A DNA stretch of 64,000 nucleotides. Source: Catajapyx aquilonaris (lineage: Eukaryota). Where the stretch lies: the NCBI GenBank assembly GCA_000934665.2, contig KZ538067.1:1-64000 (forward strand), in the 5' to 3' direction. Below the pieces are notes generated by a model, which saw only the letters and a program-made list of their open reading frames with translations, searched no databases and was not told the origin of the DNA. Below are positions 1 to 10,950 of the stretch, piece by piece; within the stretch, counting starts at the first letter, position 1; every line of letters starts with the position of its first letter. The translations under genes were made by a program, and so were the position numbers.

Positions 1-122
1 TGTGGGATAAATCGGAGCAGACTTGTAACGAGAATCCGATCAGCAGCGCCATCTAGACGCGGGAAGTTGCCAGGAGCCAATAAGTTCGCGCATTTTGAGA
101 CCTACGGGCGAGGTCGTAAAAC

Positions 123-431
123 GCGAGCTCGCGGCGAGGTCACTTCCCACGAGCTCGCGGAGACGTCGTGTTTTGCGACCATCGGGCGAGGTCGCAAGGT
201 ACACGTCGTGAAATGCGAGCTCGCGGCGAGGTCACTTTCCACAAGCTCGCGGAGACGTCGTGTTTTGCGACCATCGGGCGAGGTCGCAAGGTACACGTCG
301 TGAAATGCGAGCTCGCGGCGAGGTCACTTTCCACGAGCTCGCGGAGACGTCGTGTTTTGCGACCATCGGGCGAGGTCGCAAGGTACACGTCGTGAAATGC
401 GAGCTCGCGGCGAGGTCACTTTCCACGAGCT
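123..431. repeat. GC-rich tandem repeat, 92-bp unit, ~3.3 near-identical copies with degenerate flanks (~100-550)
   Basis: gagctcgcggcgaggtcactt...gtgaaatgc recurs at 92-bp period; explains the repeated ORF translations. Confidence 0.9.
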
Positions 432-940
432 GGAGGTGAAAGTTTCGAACATTTGTTCAGTAATCCGGTCTGCGAGGTGGCACGATGTGATTGCGAGCTC
501 CATACGAGGTTGCAAGGTCCACACGACCTCACTGCGAGCTCGTGGCAATGTCAAATTTTGGTAAGGGAACTATGCATAGCATCCATTAACTGTAATATAT
601 CGCAACATGACGAAGCCTGTAATTACACAGGCCACATTCAATAATCGGGCCTTACTGTATTGCTGCGTTGGAATCATATGCATTTATTATGTATGTAATA
701 CCACTTATAGATGAAACAATCGAGTAGTGTATCAAAATGTGCACCCAATTAATTTTAATGCAGTAGAGTGCAAACTTCGTTATTCACTTGAGATGTTTCA
801 TCCCATCCATGGACAAATTAACTCGCACTAATGCATTTTTTTGATGCACTACAGTGTATTACCGTACATTGGGAATAATTTATTGAGGTACATTTGGTGC
901 CTATTCATTTGATGCGCCCGGGCCCACGGGCAGGATGACA

Positions 941-1155
941 GGAGGGGATGTGCAAGGTGCAGTGCAATGTCTTAATGTGGCCATTTTTAGTGAACTCCCC
1001 CGGGTGGTTTAGTCTGTTGGAAATACCACCCGAGACGAAGCCAGAGGTGACCCTGAACTCTGCACGAGGTGAAGGGGGTGTCCCCGGGTTGGGATCGAAC
1101 CCGGGACCTTAACATCCGTGGGCGCGTACGTTACCGCAGCACCACTTCGCCTCCC
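941..1155 (-). mobile_element. tRNA-derived SINE, family A
   Basis: Minus-strand head GGGAGGCGAAGTGGTGCTGCGG...GGTTCGATCCC (A/B boxes); homologous to 38113-38326 and to a decayed copy at ~45010-45155. Confidence 0.85.
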
Positions 1156-2429
1156 TGTATTTCATAGGATACAAAGTTTGATACCATCTCGAATAACTCT
1201 GGAAATATCTTCAGTAAAGACAGATGTTCATAATAATTGAGAGACGCGCAATTAAGTTGGAACAAGCTGTAAGGTCCACTGTCCTCTGCACACACACAAG
1301 GGACGTGTGATACCAGGAATACCCCTGACTCAGATAATGAATCGAAGACACCTGACCGGCGATACTGTAGGCCTACCAGATTTGTGATAAATAAATAACA
1401 GATTTTAGGTTCTAAAAAATCCCAAAATAGGTAGGCATTTGCCCTGAAAACTGTCGAAATCGGCTGCAGTACAAATCAAGCAGACCCAGAGCAGACCCTA
1501 ATTTAGTTTCGTTCTTATACAATATTACAGCATACTATTGGTCATGTAATATTATTTTGTAGAGCAGTAAACTAGAAGTTGTTCGTTGGCGACGCCTACG
1601 CCTGTCTAATACGCTGAAAATGGCCTTTCGGCGTCCCACGAAGCAAGTGGATCGTGCTTGACAAGTGAAGTACGGTTCATCTGGCATGCCTATACTAAGG
1701 TATAGCTTCTTCGACCTACACTACACAAGGTTGAAAAGGGGGGGATGCCTTGAACAGAAAACCCTCAAAAACTCTCGAAAATCTTACAAAACGGCGTCAA
1801 AAAGGTTGGAAATACGCGCTAATAGCCCATTTAGAAAGAGGCAATTATTTAGGTTCTATAAAATTACGATTGTTGAGGTCATTGCGTTATGAAATTGATA
1901 GATAAGTTATTTTAGTTCATTACGATGTTCTGCCTGCAAAATAAAAAGGAGGTAAAAACCTAGAAATCCGTTCTCTAGCAGTGATAAAAATGAAAATGAG
2001 CCGCCTACAGCAAAAACTGGGGGGAATTTCCAATAGTACATAGGCCAATAGTTTCCTTTTGCCATGACGCGAAGTAATTAACCCATGGATGGACCTGATA
2101 ATTATCTATAACTACAGTATCTCGGTGATGATTTTATTTCCCAATTATCTTATGAGCATTTCCTTATTTTATTTTGTCGCATGTCTGGTTTTGCCGGTCA
2201 AGTGCTAATGTATACGGTGCTGTGTACTGTACAGTGTACAGTATACATGGCATAAAGCAGGTTTGGAGAGCCATCATCCACGAAACAGTTGGTTTATGGG
2301 GATAAGTCGATAAGGTATTACGATTCAGAAGAGCTTTTGCCGCCTCATCATCTAATTATGACCAACGAAAGGAGGGGCACTAGGGAAGAGTAGCTATACC
2401 AAACAAAAACAACGCCGCAGAGAAGGATA

Positions 2430-2595
2430 GGGAAAGTAGGAAGTGGTCTTATAGTCATTCTGATAAGGAAACCATACTGGAATATTATCCTGGAAGTGAC
2501 CGTGGGAAACGCGGAAAGGCTCGAAACAGGATGGGCAGCACCGGGTTTCGAACCTGGGACCTTCCTAATGGCAGCCGCTATACACATAACCACTA
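2430..2595 (-). mobile_element. Decayed tRNA-derived SINE related to family B
   Basis: B box GGTTCGAAACC on the minus strand; body resembles ggaaggaagcggctgtggcct of family B. Confidence 0.55.
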
Positions 2596-2600
2596 ATTAA

Positions 2601-3158
2601 GAGGGGTGTGGTGGAAAAGGGTGATAACCCTCAAAAGTGTAATTTTCAGGAGAGCGAATTGAAGTTTGCACTCTCTTCACAAATCATAGGGAATGCTGGT
2701 TTTGAACTAGTCCGTGTTGCTGTCTCATGCTGATACCTGAACTTGGAGTAATAATAATTCATACCCCGTTATCAGCCATCGGCTCTTTAGGGGGGAAGTT
2801 TGCTTTGCCTGGAACTCTTTGCTTTCATTCCACATTTCCACTGTGCTCTTTGGGACAGGACAGGGACGGAAGGAAGCGGCTGTGGCCTATTAACTACGGA
2901 AACAACTCCGGAACCCTCCTGGAAGGACCGCGGGAAACCACAGAAAACCACGGTCAGAGTTGTCGGCCCCGGGATTCGAACCCAGAACCTCCCGATTAGC
3001 AGTCGGACGCCTTATCCACTATGCCAACCTGCTTCGGTCCTGAACTTGGAGTATACCAAACTGTTTGTCATGTCTTTTACATAATAGTTGCTAGGTGTTT
3101 ATGTCAAAAATGACAAAAATTAGGGTTACCGGCATGACCTTTTTCCACCAGACCCCTC
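2601..3158. mobile_element. MITE with GAGGGGTGTGGTGGAAAA TIRs (Sola-like termini), interrupted by a SINE
   Basis: TIRs at both ends; uninterrupted inverted copy at 31283-31528. Confidence 0.8.
2751..3038 (-). mobile_element. tRNA-derived SINE, family B (tRNA-Ser(GCT)-like head)
   Basis: 15-bp TSD cctgaacttggagta (2736-2750 and 3039-3053); head TGGCATAGTGGATAAGGCGTCCGACTGCTAATCGGGAGG..GGTTCGAATCCC; (TTA)n tail. Confidence 0.92.
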
Positions 3159-3230
3159 ATTTGGTCGCCTCTGTCACCCAACAATCATTACGCAATAAAG
3201 TATGGATAGTCGGACATAACTGGATATACA

Positions 3231-3530
3231 CAGGGTGATCCTAAATTCTTGTTTCATTACTCATTATTCTTGGCACTAAGCTGCTTATTTTAATCATTTG
3301 TTTTTGCACAGTTACTTTCAGTGGTTAGCAAAAGTATTAGCTGGTAATATTAGGTTCGGTGTGTCAATTCTTTTTATAGTAGATCCAGTCATTGACGTTG
3401 ATTTCCAATTGTTCTAATGTTACAGTTCACAGCTTGAATGGATGATTCGGTTCGGCCTAATATTAGGAGCTAATACTTTTGGTAACCGTTAAAAGTAACA
3501 TTGAAAATAAGCAGCTTAATGCAAAAATAG
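3231..3530. mobile_element. Decayed fold-back MITE starting CAGGGTG
   Basis: Internal inverted arms ~3272-3355 vs ~3457-3525; right TIR not seen. Confidence 0.5.
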
Positions 3531-3710
3531 TTATAGTGTAAGGAGTCTGTCCAGGAGGTATAAGGGTTTCGGATCGATACGACTAACAACCAATAAACCA
3601 ATTAACTCTTTTTACCCTCCTAAATTTTGAAATTTTTTGTATTTTCTAATTCTGATTGGCCTATAGTGATGTGCAAACATCACCTCTGCTGCTAATTTTC
3701 ACGTCAAAAT

Positions 3711-4381
3711 ACAGTAAAACTTCTGTAAGTCGAACTTCCCTAAGTCGAAGTTCTTATATAAGTCGAAGAAAATGACGAGCTTGGTTGGTCACAATGTAAA
3801 ATAATAGGAAATAAACTTCCGGCCTTACAATGGGATTTCAATACATTTTCAGTCTCCCTAAGTCGAAGTTCATGTTGGCGAGTGCAGAAAATTATCTCAT
3901 TTCCCAGCCGAATAAGGGTCGAGAGTAGGCCACATGTACAGAAAGGCTCAATTTCCTGATCTCCGTCTACCAGACGCACCGAAAGAAGTGTTTGATTCGA
4001 TTGTGACAATTGAATCCTTGAATCTAAGGGTATAGGCAAATGTATATATAACGGAGTTTTTTTTACAACAAAACAACGAGGAACATTGTAGTGTGATAGT
4101 GACAGTTATTTTGAAGTTTCGAACACCTTTCGTCGCTGGATATACAGGTAGGCTTCCTTATAGAGTTATGTGCAGGGATGGAAAAAGAACCGCTTCTTGG
4201 AAGGAAGCGGTTCTTTTTTCCATGTTCAGGGTTGGAAAAAAGAACCGCTTCCTTCCAAGAAGCGGTTCTTTTTCCATCCCTGGTTATGTGCTTTAAAAAA
4301 GCCAAACTTCTCTAACTCGAATCTTCTATAACTCAAAGTTTTTTTCCGGTCCCATGGAGATTCGACTTATAGAAGTTTTAC
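3711..4381. mobile_element. pogo/Tigger-like MITE (TA-CAGTAAAACTTC TIR, repeated aagtcgaa motifs)
   Basis: Terminal inverted repeats; inverted homologue at 12573-13100; another terminus at ~17249. Confidence 0.8.
4173..4282. mobile_element. 110-bp hairpin hAT-type MITE nested in the pogo-like MITE
   Basis: CAGGGATGG...CCATCCCTG near-perfect palindrome; 8-bp TSD gttatgtg; absent from the homologous site near 12650. Confidence 0.9.
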
Positions 4382-4396
4382 CCTATTGTACCAATG

Positions 4397-5197
4397 TATA
4401 GCAAGTCAATGAGAATCAGAGAGTAATTGAGAACTTTTTTAATTCAGAGGTTTCACTAGACTGACTAGAGAAACTGAAAGGGTCTGAAACTGAGATATAG
4501 CCTACTTTATGAAAATGCAAGTCTTTCTCTAATAATTTTAGATATAGTCGCCATACATGGTGCATTTGTCCGAGCGGTACACTAGTGTTTCCATATCCCC
4601 GCATAAAAAAGCGTCAGACTGAGTGGGAAGCCAGTGGAGGATGGCCTCTTTCACTTCCTCGATGTCGCTGAAGTTCTGACCTGCCAGGTGCTTTTTCATT
4701 GGTCCAAAGAGATGGTAGACCATGGGTAAAACCACCTCTTTGGACCAAAGAAGAAGCATAGCTTCTCAAGAACTCAGTGACATCGAGGAAGTGAAAGAGG
4801 CCATCCCACACTGGCTTCCCACCCACGCTGAAGTTCTGACCTGCCAGCTGCTTCTTTTTTGGTCCAAAATGGTGGCTTTAACCATGGTCTACCATCTCTT
4901 TGGACCAATGAAGAAGCATCTGGCAGGTCAGAACTTCAGCGACATCGAGGAAGTGAAAGAGGCCATCCTCCACTGGCTTCCCACCAAGTCTGACGCTTTT
5001 TTCTGCAGGGGTATGGAAAAACTAGTGTCCTGATGGGACAAATGCACCAAATTGTATGGCGACTTATGCCTAAAATATAGAGAAAGACTTGCACTTTCAT
5101 ATGTATATCCTTGGTATATCCCAGTTTCAGTTTCTCTAGTGAAACCTCTGAATTAAAAAAGTTCTCATTTGCTTTCTGATTCTCCATCAGCGTACAT
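4397..5197. mobile_element. mariner-derived fold-back element: two inverted copies of the transposase 3' end
   Basis: YHLFGPMKKHLAGQNFSDIEEVKEAILHWL..DKC..GDYI (mariner C-terminus) on both strands reading outward; ~350-bp arms. Confidence 0.85.
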
Positions 5198-5211
5198 TAG
5201 TTGTAAACAAA

Positions 5212-5318
5212 GGGTGAAATTTTTGTCTCACTGATAGTTACTGCTAACTTAGCAGTACCATTGCCAACACTGGTAATGCTAAGTTAGCAGTAACTATCAG
5301 TGGGACGAAAATTCCACC
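5212..5318. mobile_element. Small hairpin MITE
   Basis: agttactgctaacttagcagta / tgctaagttagcagtaact arms; partial copies at ~8164, ~13428-13474 and ~47891-47960. Confidence 0.7.
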
Positions 5319-5524
5319 AATGTTATTACTAGTGAAATTAGTGTGAAACGTGAAATAGCGATTTCTATTTAATTGTGCGAAATCCTTGAGGTTTAGAGAC
5401 TTAAAGGGACACTCCACTCAAAATACAAGTTGGACTTTAAAAATCGGGCAAAAAATCCTGATTCCGATGGTATAAGCCGTTTTTCTGAGAGACGAACGGT
5501 AAAGCCAGGACGAGAGGTCAGAAT

Positions 5525-6555
5525 TCCCCCTATAATAATAGCCTTGTCTGAAACACGCCACCATCTGGAACGCCACCACGGCCTGAAGAAATTATTGCCG
5601 TGACCCAAAGGTGGCACCACTCCCTTGGCAGCCTGTGGCGGCCGCCAAGGGAGTGCTGCCACCTTTGGGTCACGGCACAAATTCATCTGGCCGCCTTTTC
5701 CCCTTCCCGCCAAAAGTCCTAACTGCCACCTATTTCCTTTCCCGCCATTACAGGCCCCGGGTGAGTGCTGCCACCTTCTCATCACGGCACTAAATCATCA
5801 GGCCGGGGGTAGGGGGCGGCGCGGCGCGTTGTGGGTTGGGTGGGGTGGGTCAGTGGCTCACTTCTCACTGCGCAGTGGCGAGTATGGTCGCTTTATTCCT
5901 GTCGGTGGTCAGTACCTTACGTCCTCACAACCTGCTCAGTGCCTCATATCCTCACAACCCGCACAATGGACGAGGAGGAGGATCCCATTGCTAGAAAGCG
6001 TCGGATGGCTAAGGCACGCAAGGCTAGATGGCTAGTAAAGCCTAACCTAACCTAACCTAACCTAACCTAAGTCAGGAGTCCCTGGACAGAATTCGTCAGG
6101 CAGACGCTGCAGCTCATCGCTTAGCACGCCATCCTCTAACCCAATCCATTCCCGACGAAGCTATTCATTTTCTGGAGGCCCGAGTCACATGGCCAGCTGC
6201 ATGTGGCACTGTCCCGGTCTCGCAACCCAAGTCAGGTCAAAGTATTCACTACTCCTACTGCTCAACAAGGAACATTGCTCTCCGACAACAGAGTCTTTAC
6301 ACAGAATGTTGCATATCGCGAGGTTTTATGAAAAAGACTTTTCTCATGTCCGACTCAAGAAGTATAGCCGAGTATAGCCTACAGCAAGGCCTACAGTATG
6401 TCCACTGATTCAATGCCACTAAATTTTTCAACCCCGTCTTACGACCAGATATACGCTATTTCTTAGTTGTCACTCCGAGAGGCCTCTCATCCCATTTTTT
6501 CATTCCCATTGTCCTCATTTCAGGTTTTGCCAAATTTTGGCTACGGGTGCGCTAG
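5525..6555 (+). mobile_element. Internally deleted Helitron
   Basis: 5' tc..tataataatagcc; ORF start MDEEEDPIARKRR joined to the Pif1 helicase end HGQLHVALSR; 3' hairpin gccaaattttggc then CTAG|T. Confidence 0.85.
6041..6070. repeat. (CCTAA)6, i.e. arthropod telomeric (TTAGG)n, interstitial
   Basis: Six perfect units. Confidence 0.9.
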
Positions 6556-7599
6556 TTACCAAGATAACGCCCAAACTTTCGCAGAAATTGGGAATTAGGT
6601 TCCTCATAATCATAATACTCTCCAGTTAATGGGTTAGTTCGTCACACGTAACCGACTCCCTCACGTCACAAACGTAACAGTCAAAACATGAACCAACTTT
6701 CCACGCAAACACTACTCCACTCGAGGCCCAATTGACGTACCCAAGTAACCAAACGCCTCAGTATCTACATGTTTAGATATGATTTTACCTTGAGCCCGTT
6801 GTTCCTGTGCTCCCTCGGTTCGGTACAGAGTGCGGAGGTAAGCCATATTCACTCTCACAAAGAAACTGAAGCAATGAGCTACCAGGTATCCCATATTGAG
6901 AGCCAAGGAGAACATGATTCCGAGGGGAACGCACTTTAGGGACGGAGAAACCAATTTTAAAAGCAGCATCGTTGCTAGAGGAACCCTTTTTCTATGCTCT
7001 GCAGGGTATAGAATTATTTAGGTTATTCATAAATGTTGGCGAATTTAAATAATCAAAAACATCAGTTTCCGTGAACAAAATGTGGCTACCGCAGGCTCAA
7101 TGCCGCTTCAGCCTTCCGCATGTACTGTACCGGAATGGCTGTGTGTACAGCACATCCCCGAACATGCAGGATGATTTTTGTTTTTCCGAGTATTAAAATT
7201 TTTTCTTCATCAGGGACTTGATATTAACTTATAACCGCCTGAGGCGAACCATTTCTTGATTCTTGCCTATCTGGTCATCTGTGGCAAAACTCGCGCGACA
7301 TGATCCAAGCTGGAATTTCCTACTCTTGAGCATTTTCTTCCCGTCAGTCGGGGGGGAAACACACGCCAACGAGGCAGTATTGTACAAGACCTTGGTATTG
7401 TATACTAATGTTCTTGACTTCTTGCGGGATGATTTTCACCATAATTCACATTAATCAAGGGGGAGGGGGAGGGTAGAAGATGCGCCAGATGACGACTGAT
7501 GCACACCGCCCCACAATGACTACTCTTGTGGTGCCTTCACCAAACAGTTTTATCATTTTGGAATCGCGTTAATCTCTAAAAAGGCTATATTTATACGTA

Positions 7600-8056
7600 T
7601 ACACTGTACTCCCGATTTGGGTGCGGATTATCCGTGCATGGCTAAAAGTACGAAAGAATGTCAATTTTTCTCGCAAACAAAGAAATCAGTATTTTTCCAG
7701 AAGACAAACTAAAAATCTACAAAATTTTTTCTAATTTTGATTAAATCTTATTTAAAGCAGAATACAGTTGCACAGTCGTTCATTATTTATAACCTGTGAA
7801 TATAGCTTGTTTTACGGTGTCTAGGACCGTTTTCCGATTATCCGGCGACGCACGTGCAGCCATTAGCCCGGATAATCGGGCGTACAGTGTATTTTCAAAC
7901 TTCCGCTGCCGGCGAGACTTCCATAATAAATTATACACTGTACTCCCGATTATCCGGGCTAATGGTTGCATGGCGGGTGTCGTCGGATAATCGGAAAATG
8001 GTCCTAGACACCGCAAAAAAGCTATTCTCAGGTTATAAATGAACTACCGTACAGTG
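7600..8056. mobile_element. Two adjacent pogo-like MITE copies (TA-CACTGTACTCCCGA TIR) in inverted orientation
   Basis: TIRs at 7600, ~7890 and 7934; relatives at ~35870-36023 and 37131-37250. Confidence 0.7.
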
Positions 8057-9018
8057 TGTATGCTGCTAGCCTTAATCAAAATAATAAAACGTACCATAGA
8101 TTTTGACTTTGTCTTCTATATAGAAAAAGTCATATTTCTTCGTTGGCGCGACATATTGACAGTGGGTCGAATTTTCGTCCCACTGCTAGTTCCCCATAAT
8201 AATAGCCTTGTCTGGAAGACTCGACGGGAACGCTCCAGATGTTGCTGCCCGAAGAAGTAGTGCCGTGACGGAAAAGGTGGCAGCACTCCCGCGGCGGCCA
8301 AGGGAGTGCTGCCACCTTTTGGTCAGTACGGTACTAAGTCTTCAGGCCGCCGCTTTCCCTTCCCGTGCCTTCCCGCCAAAATCCTAACCAGGTCCTAACC
8401 GCCACCTATTTCCTTTCCCGGCAATACAGGTCCGCCAACTGATTCAATCTGAGCCTCAGAATATTCAGAAAGGTGTCATATACGCTGCTACTTTCAGCCC
8501 CACTTTCTAACTATGCCGCCATCTTGGATCCGGATCTAGCATCTTTTATGATTTTCAGCGGATATAGCTTAGCTTAGAGTAAACCATTGCGACTTATTTG
8601 GCGGCGTAGCATGAACCTCCCGGAGCAAGCAAACAAGATATCAGCGGTGGAATCAGCAGGGGATTGGAGGTTGGTAAAGCCACAATAACGTCCGTTGGCC
8701 TCCTCCGCCACAAGACGGACAGTAGGCTACTGTAAATGTTGCGGATACGAAACCCACAATAATCGCCCAGCTCCGCTTCCTCTCCGCATTACCTAAAAAT
8801 ATCCTGCAGGGCGACGAACCCTGCCTGGCGGGGCCACAACAGATGACAGTGGAGATAATGGATACCCCGTGATAAGCCTCCTACAGCTTTTTAGGGGATC
8901 ATCTTTTAATTGACCGACTTTAATCATTGCCTTTGCTGTGATAGATTTTGATTGTGAGAGGAAACGGGAGAACCCCCGAGAAAACCCACGCGAACACGGA
9001 GAGAACCCATCGAAACTA

Positions 9019-10950
9019 TTCGCGAGACCCACGGCCTGTAGAGGCGCTGAAGTCAAATCCAAGATGGACGACAGCGGGGGTACTCGAGCAGGCAGCAGAC
9101 AGGGCATGAGCTTGGCAAGAGGCAGGGAGAGCAGCAGACAGGGCTGAGCACGCGCTATGTGGGCAGGGAGGGGGCCAGGGTGGGCAGGTGGGGCAGGCCC
9201 CGGGCCGAGGCAGAGAGGTAGCCGAGCCGGTACCTACGCAAATAGCTGGGAGAGGGCTCGGCTGTATAGGGGAGTGGGTCCATCAGACGTGCATGGTGAC
9301 ATTTGGGACTTAATTGCGGCCAAACTAGAGGTTGGAGGAGGGTGACAATGCTCCCGTCATCGAGAGGAGATTTCGATTGTTCCGACGACGTCCGCAATTA
9401 AATAAATATCCACGGGTTATTTTACGGGGGAATTAAATAGAAAATATCTCGGCAGCTGGCAGGTTGCTGTAACCGTATGGGTCCAGGGGTGCATGTTGAC
9501 CTTTGGGAATTAATTGTGTCCAGACTAGAGATCGGAAGAGGGTGACAATGCTTCCGTCGTCGAGAGGAGATTTCGACTGTCCCGACGACGTCCAATTTAG
9601 TATTACAGACCGGGCGGCTAATTTACGGGGGAATTAAATAGCTTATATCACGACAAAAACCGCTGGACAAAAGAGGTGTGCTTGACTGTAACAGCGTCTG
9701 GGTCCAGAATGCAGAGTGACCGTTGGGAATTAATTGCGGCAAAACTAGGGGTTGTATGTGTGTGACAGTGCCCTCATCGTTGAGAGGAGATTTCAAATGT
9801 TCCAACGACGACCGTATTTGCTATAAATGCCCACTGGTTATTTTACGGAAGAATTAAATAGGTAATGTCCCTAGAAATCTCTGGACGAGAGAGATCTGGC
9901 TGACTGTAACAGCATGAGTTCAAAATGCAGGGTGATCTTTGAGAATTAATTACGGGCAAACTAGGATTCGGAAAAGGGTGACAGTGTCCCCAACGTTGAG
10001 AGGAGATTTCGATTGTCCTGACAATGTCCATAAGTAAAATAAATTCTTACGAGTAATTCTGCGGGGTAATTTAACAGCTAATTTCTCGACAAAAAGTGGG
10101 GCTTTGTCTCTGGACGACGTGACGCAACGACTGATACTTATGGACGTCGCGACGTCCACAAATACTCTCCGACTGCCATAAGAGTGAACCTTTTGGGAAA
10201 TCCTTCCGCGTTTCCTTAGCAATGTCAACAGAGGAAGGTGGCCAGACATGGAAATTCTTCGCAGCTTATAATCCTGTTTTTGGATTATTTTAAAATGGTT
10301 AACATCATTAACCTTTTCTGGATCTCTGGTTACTCGTATGACCCATCCCGAATTTTAAATAAAATTTTTAATTACGGTACCAAAATGTTCAACGGTAAAC
10401 TAAACAACGAGCTGACGTCAAGGTTTCCACGGAAATATCCTCCGCACAGGAGACAGAACAATATGAGTAAACAGTGTCAACAAAAAAGCAACAATGTAAG
10501 AAATGATGACGTCAGATCGTCGTCTGGTTTTCCGCACTATACAATGCTTTACGTAGATTTCATGTGAATTTTCTCCCTAAAATTTTCCCACTTTGACTTT
10601 TTTTTTCTTATCTTTTTTTTCCCTTATTTTGATTCCCCTTTCCCCGACTTCCTTGAGACACTTTATAAACATGCAGGTGACCCAGGGGTTGGGAACAGGA
10701 TAAACATTTCGCCCATATATCGAGTCATACCATTCTAGCTAAGAGTGGCAGCAGGTGGCAGGCTACTGATACATAAGAACTTCGAGTTTCATCCCACCAC
10801 GAAACATAATTTGTCACTTGTCACCACTTTACTCCCTTTTTCCTCGTTCCCACGCATGGCTGAACTAGGAGAGCAACCCCCCTTGTCCGCCATGAATGAG
10901 CTTCCGAGACAGCCGCCAGGTGTCAGCCACTTCTACGGGTCTTCCCAATA
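9019..10950. mobile_element. Unclassified non-autonomous element with degenerate TIRs, inserted at TA
   Basis: Boundaries defined by the split SINE; ends TTCGCGAGACCC..GTAGAGGCGCTGA vs reverse complement TTGGGAAGACCCGTAGAAGTGGCTGA. Confidence 0.6.
9277..10075. repeat. Diverged tandem array, 4 units of ~200-220 bp
   Basis: gggaattaattg, gggtgacaatg, gagaggagatttcg and tttacgggggaattaaatag recur; unit starts near 9277, 9479, 9700, 9916. Confidence 0.85.

Noticed and set aside
123..431. CRISPR-like array
   Set aside because: Units repeat in full with no unique spacers, no cas genes, and the context is eukaryotic
2960..3038. Genuine tRNA-Ser gene (also ~35505-35580 and ~49100-49177)
   Set aside because: Continues into a SINE body and tail with TSDs; lacks the long variable arm and a paired acceptor stem
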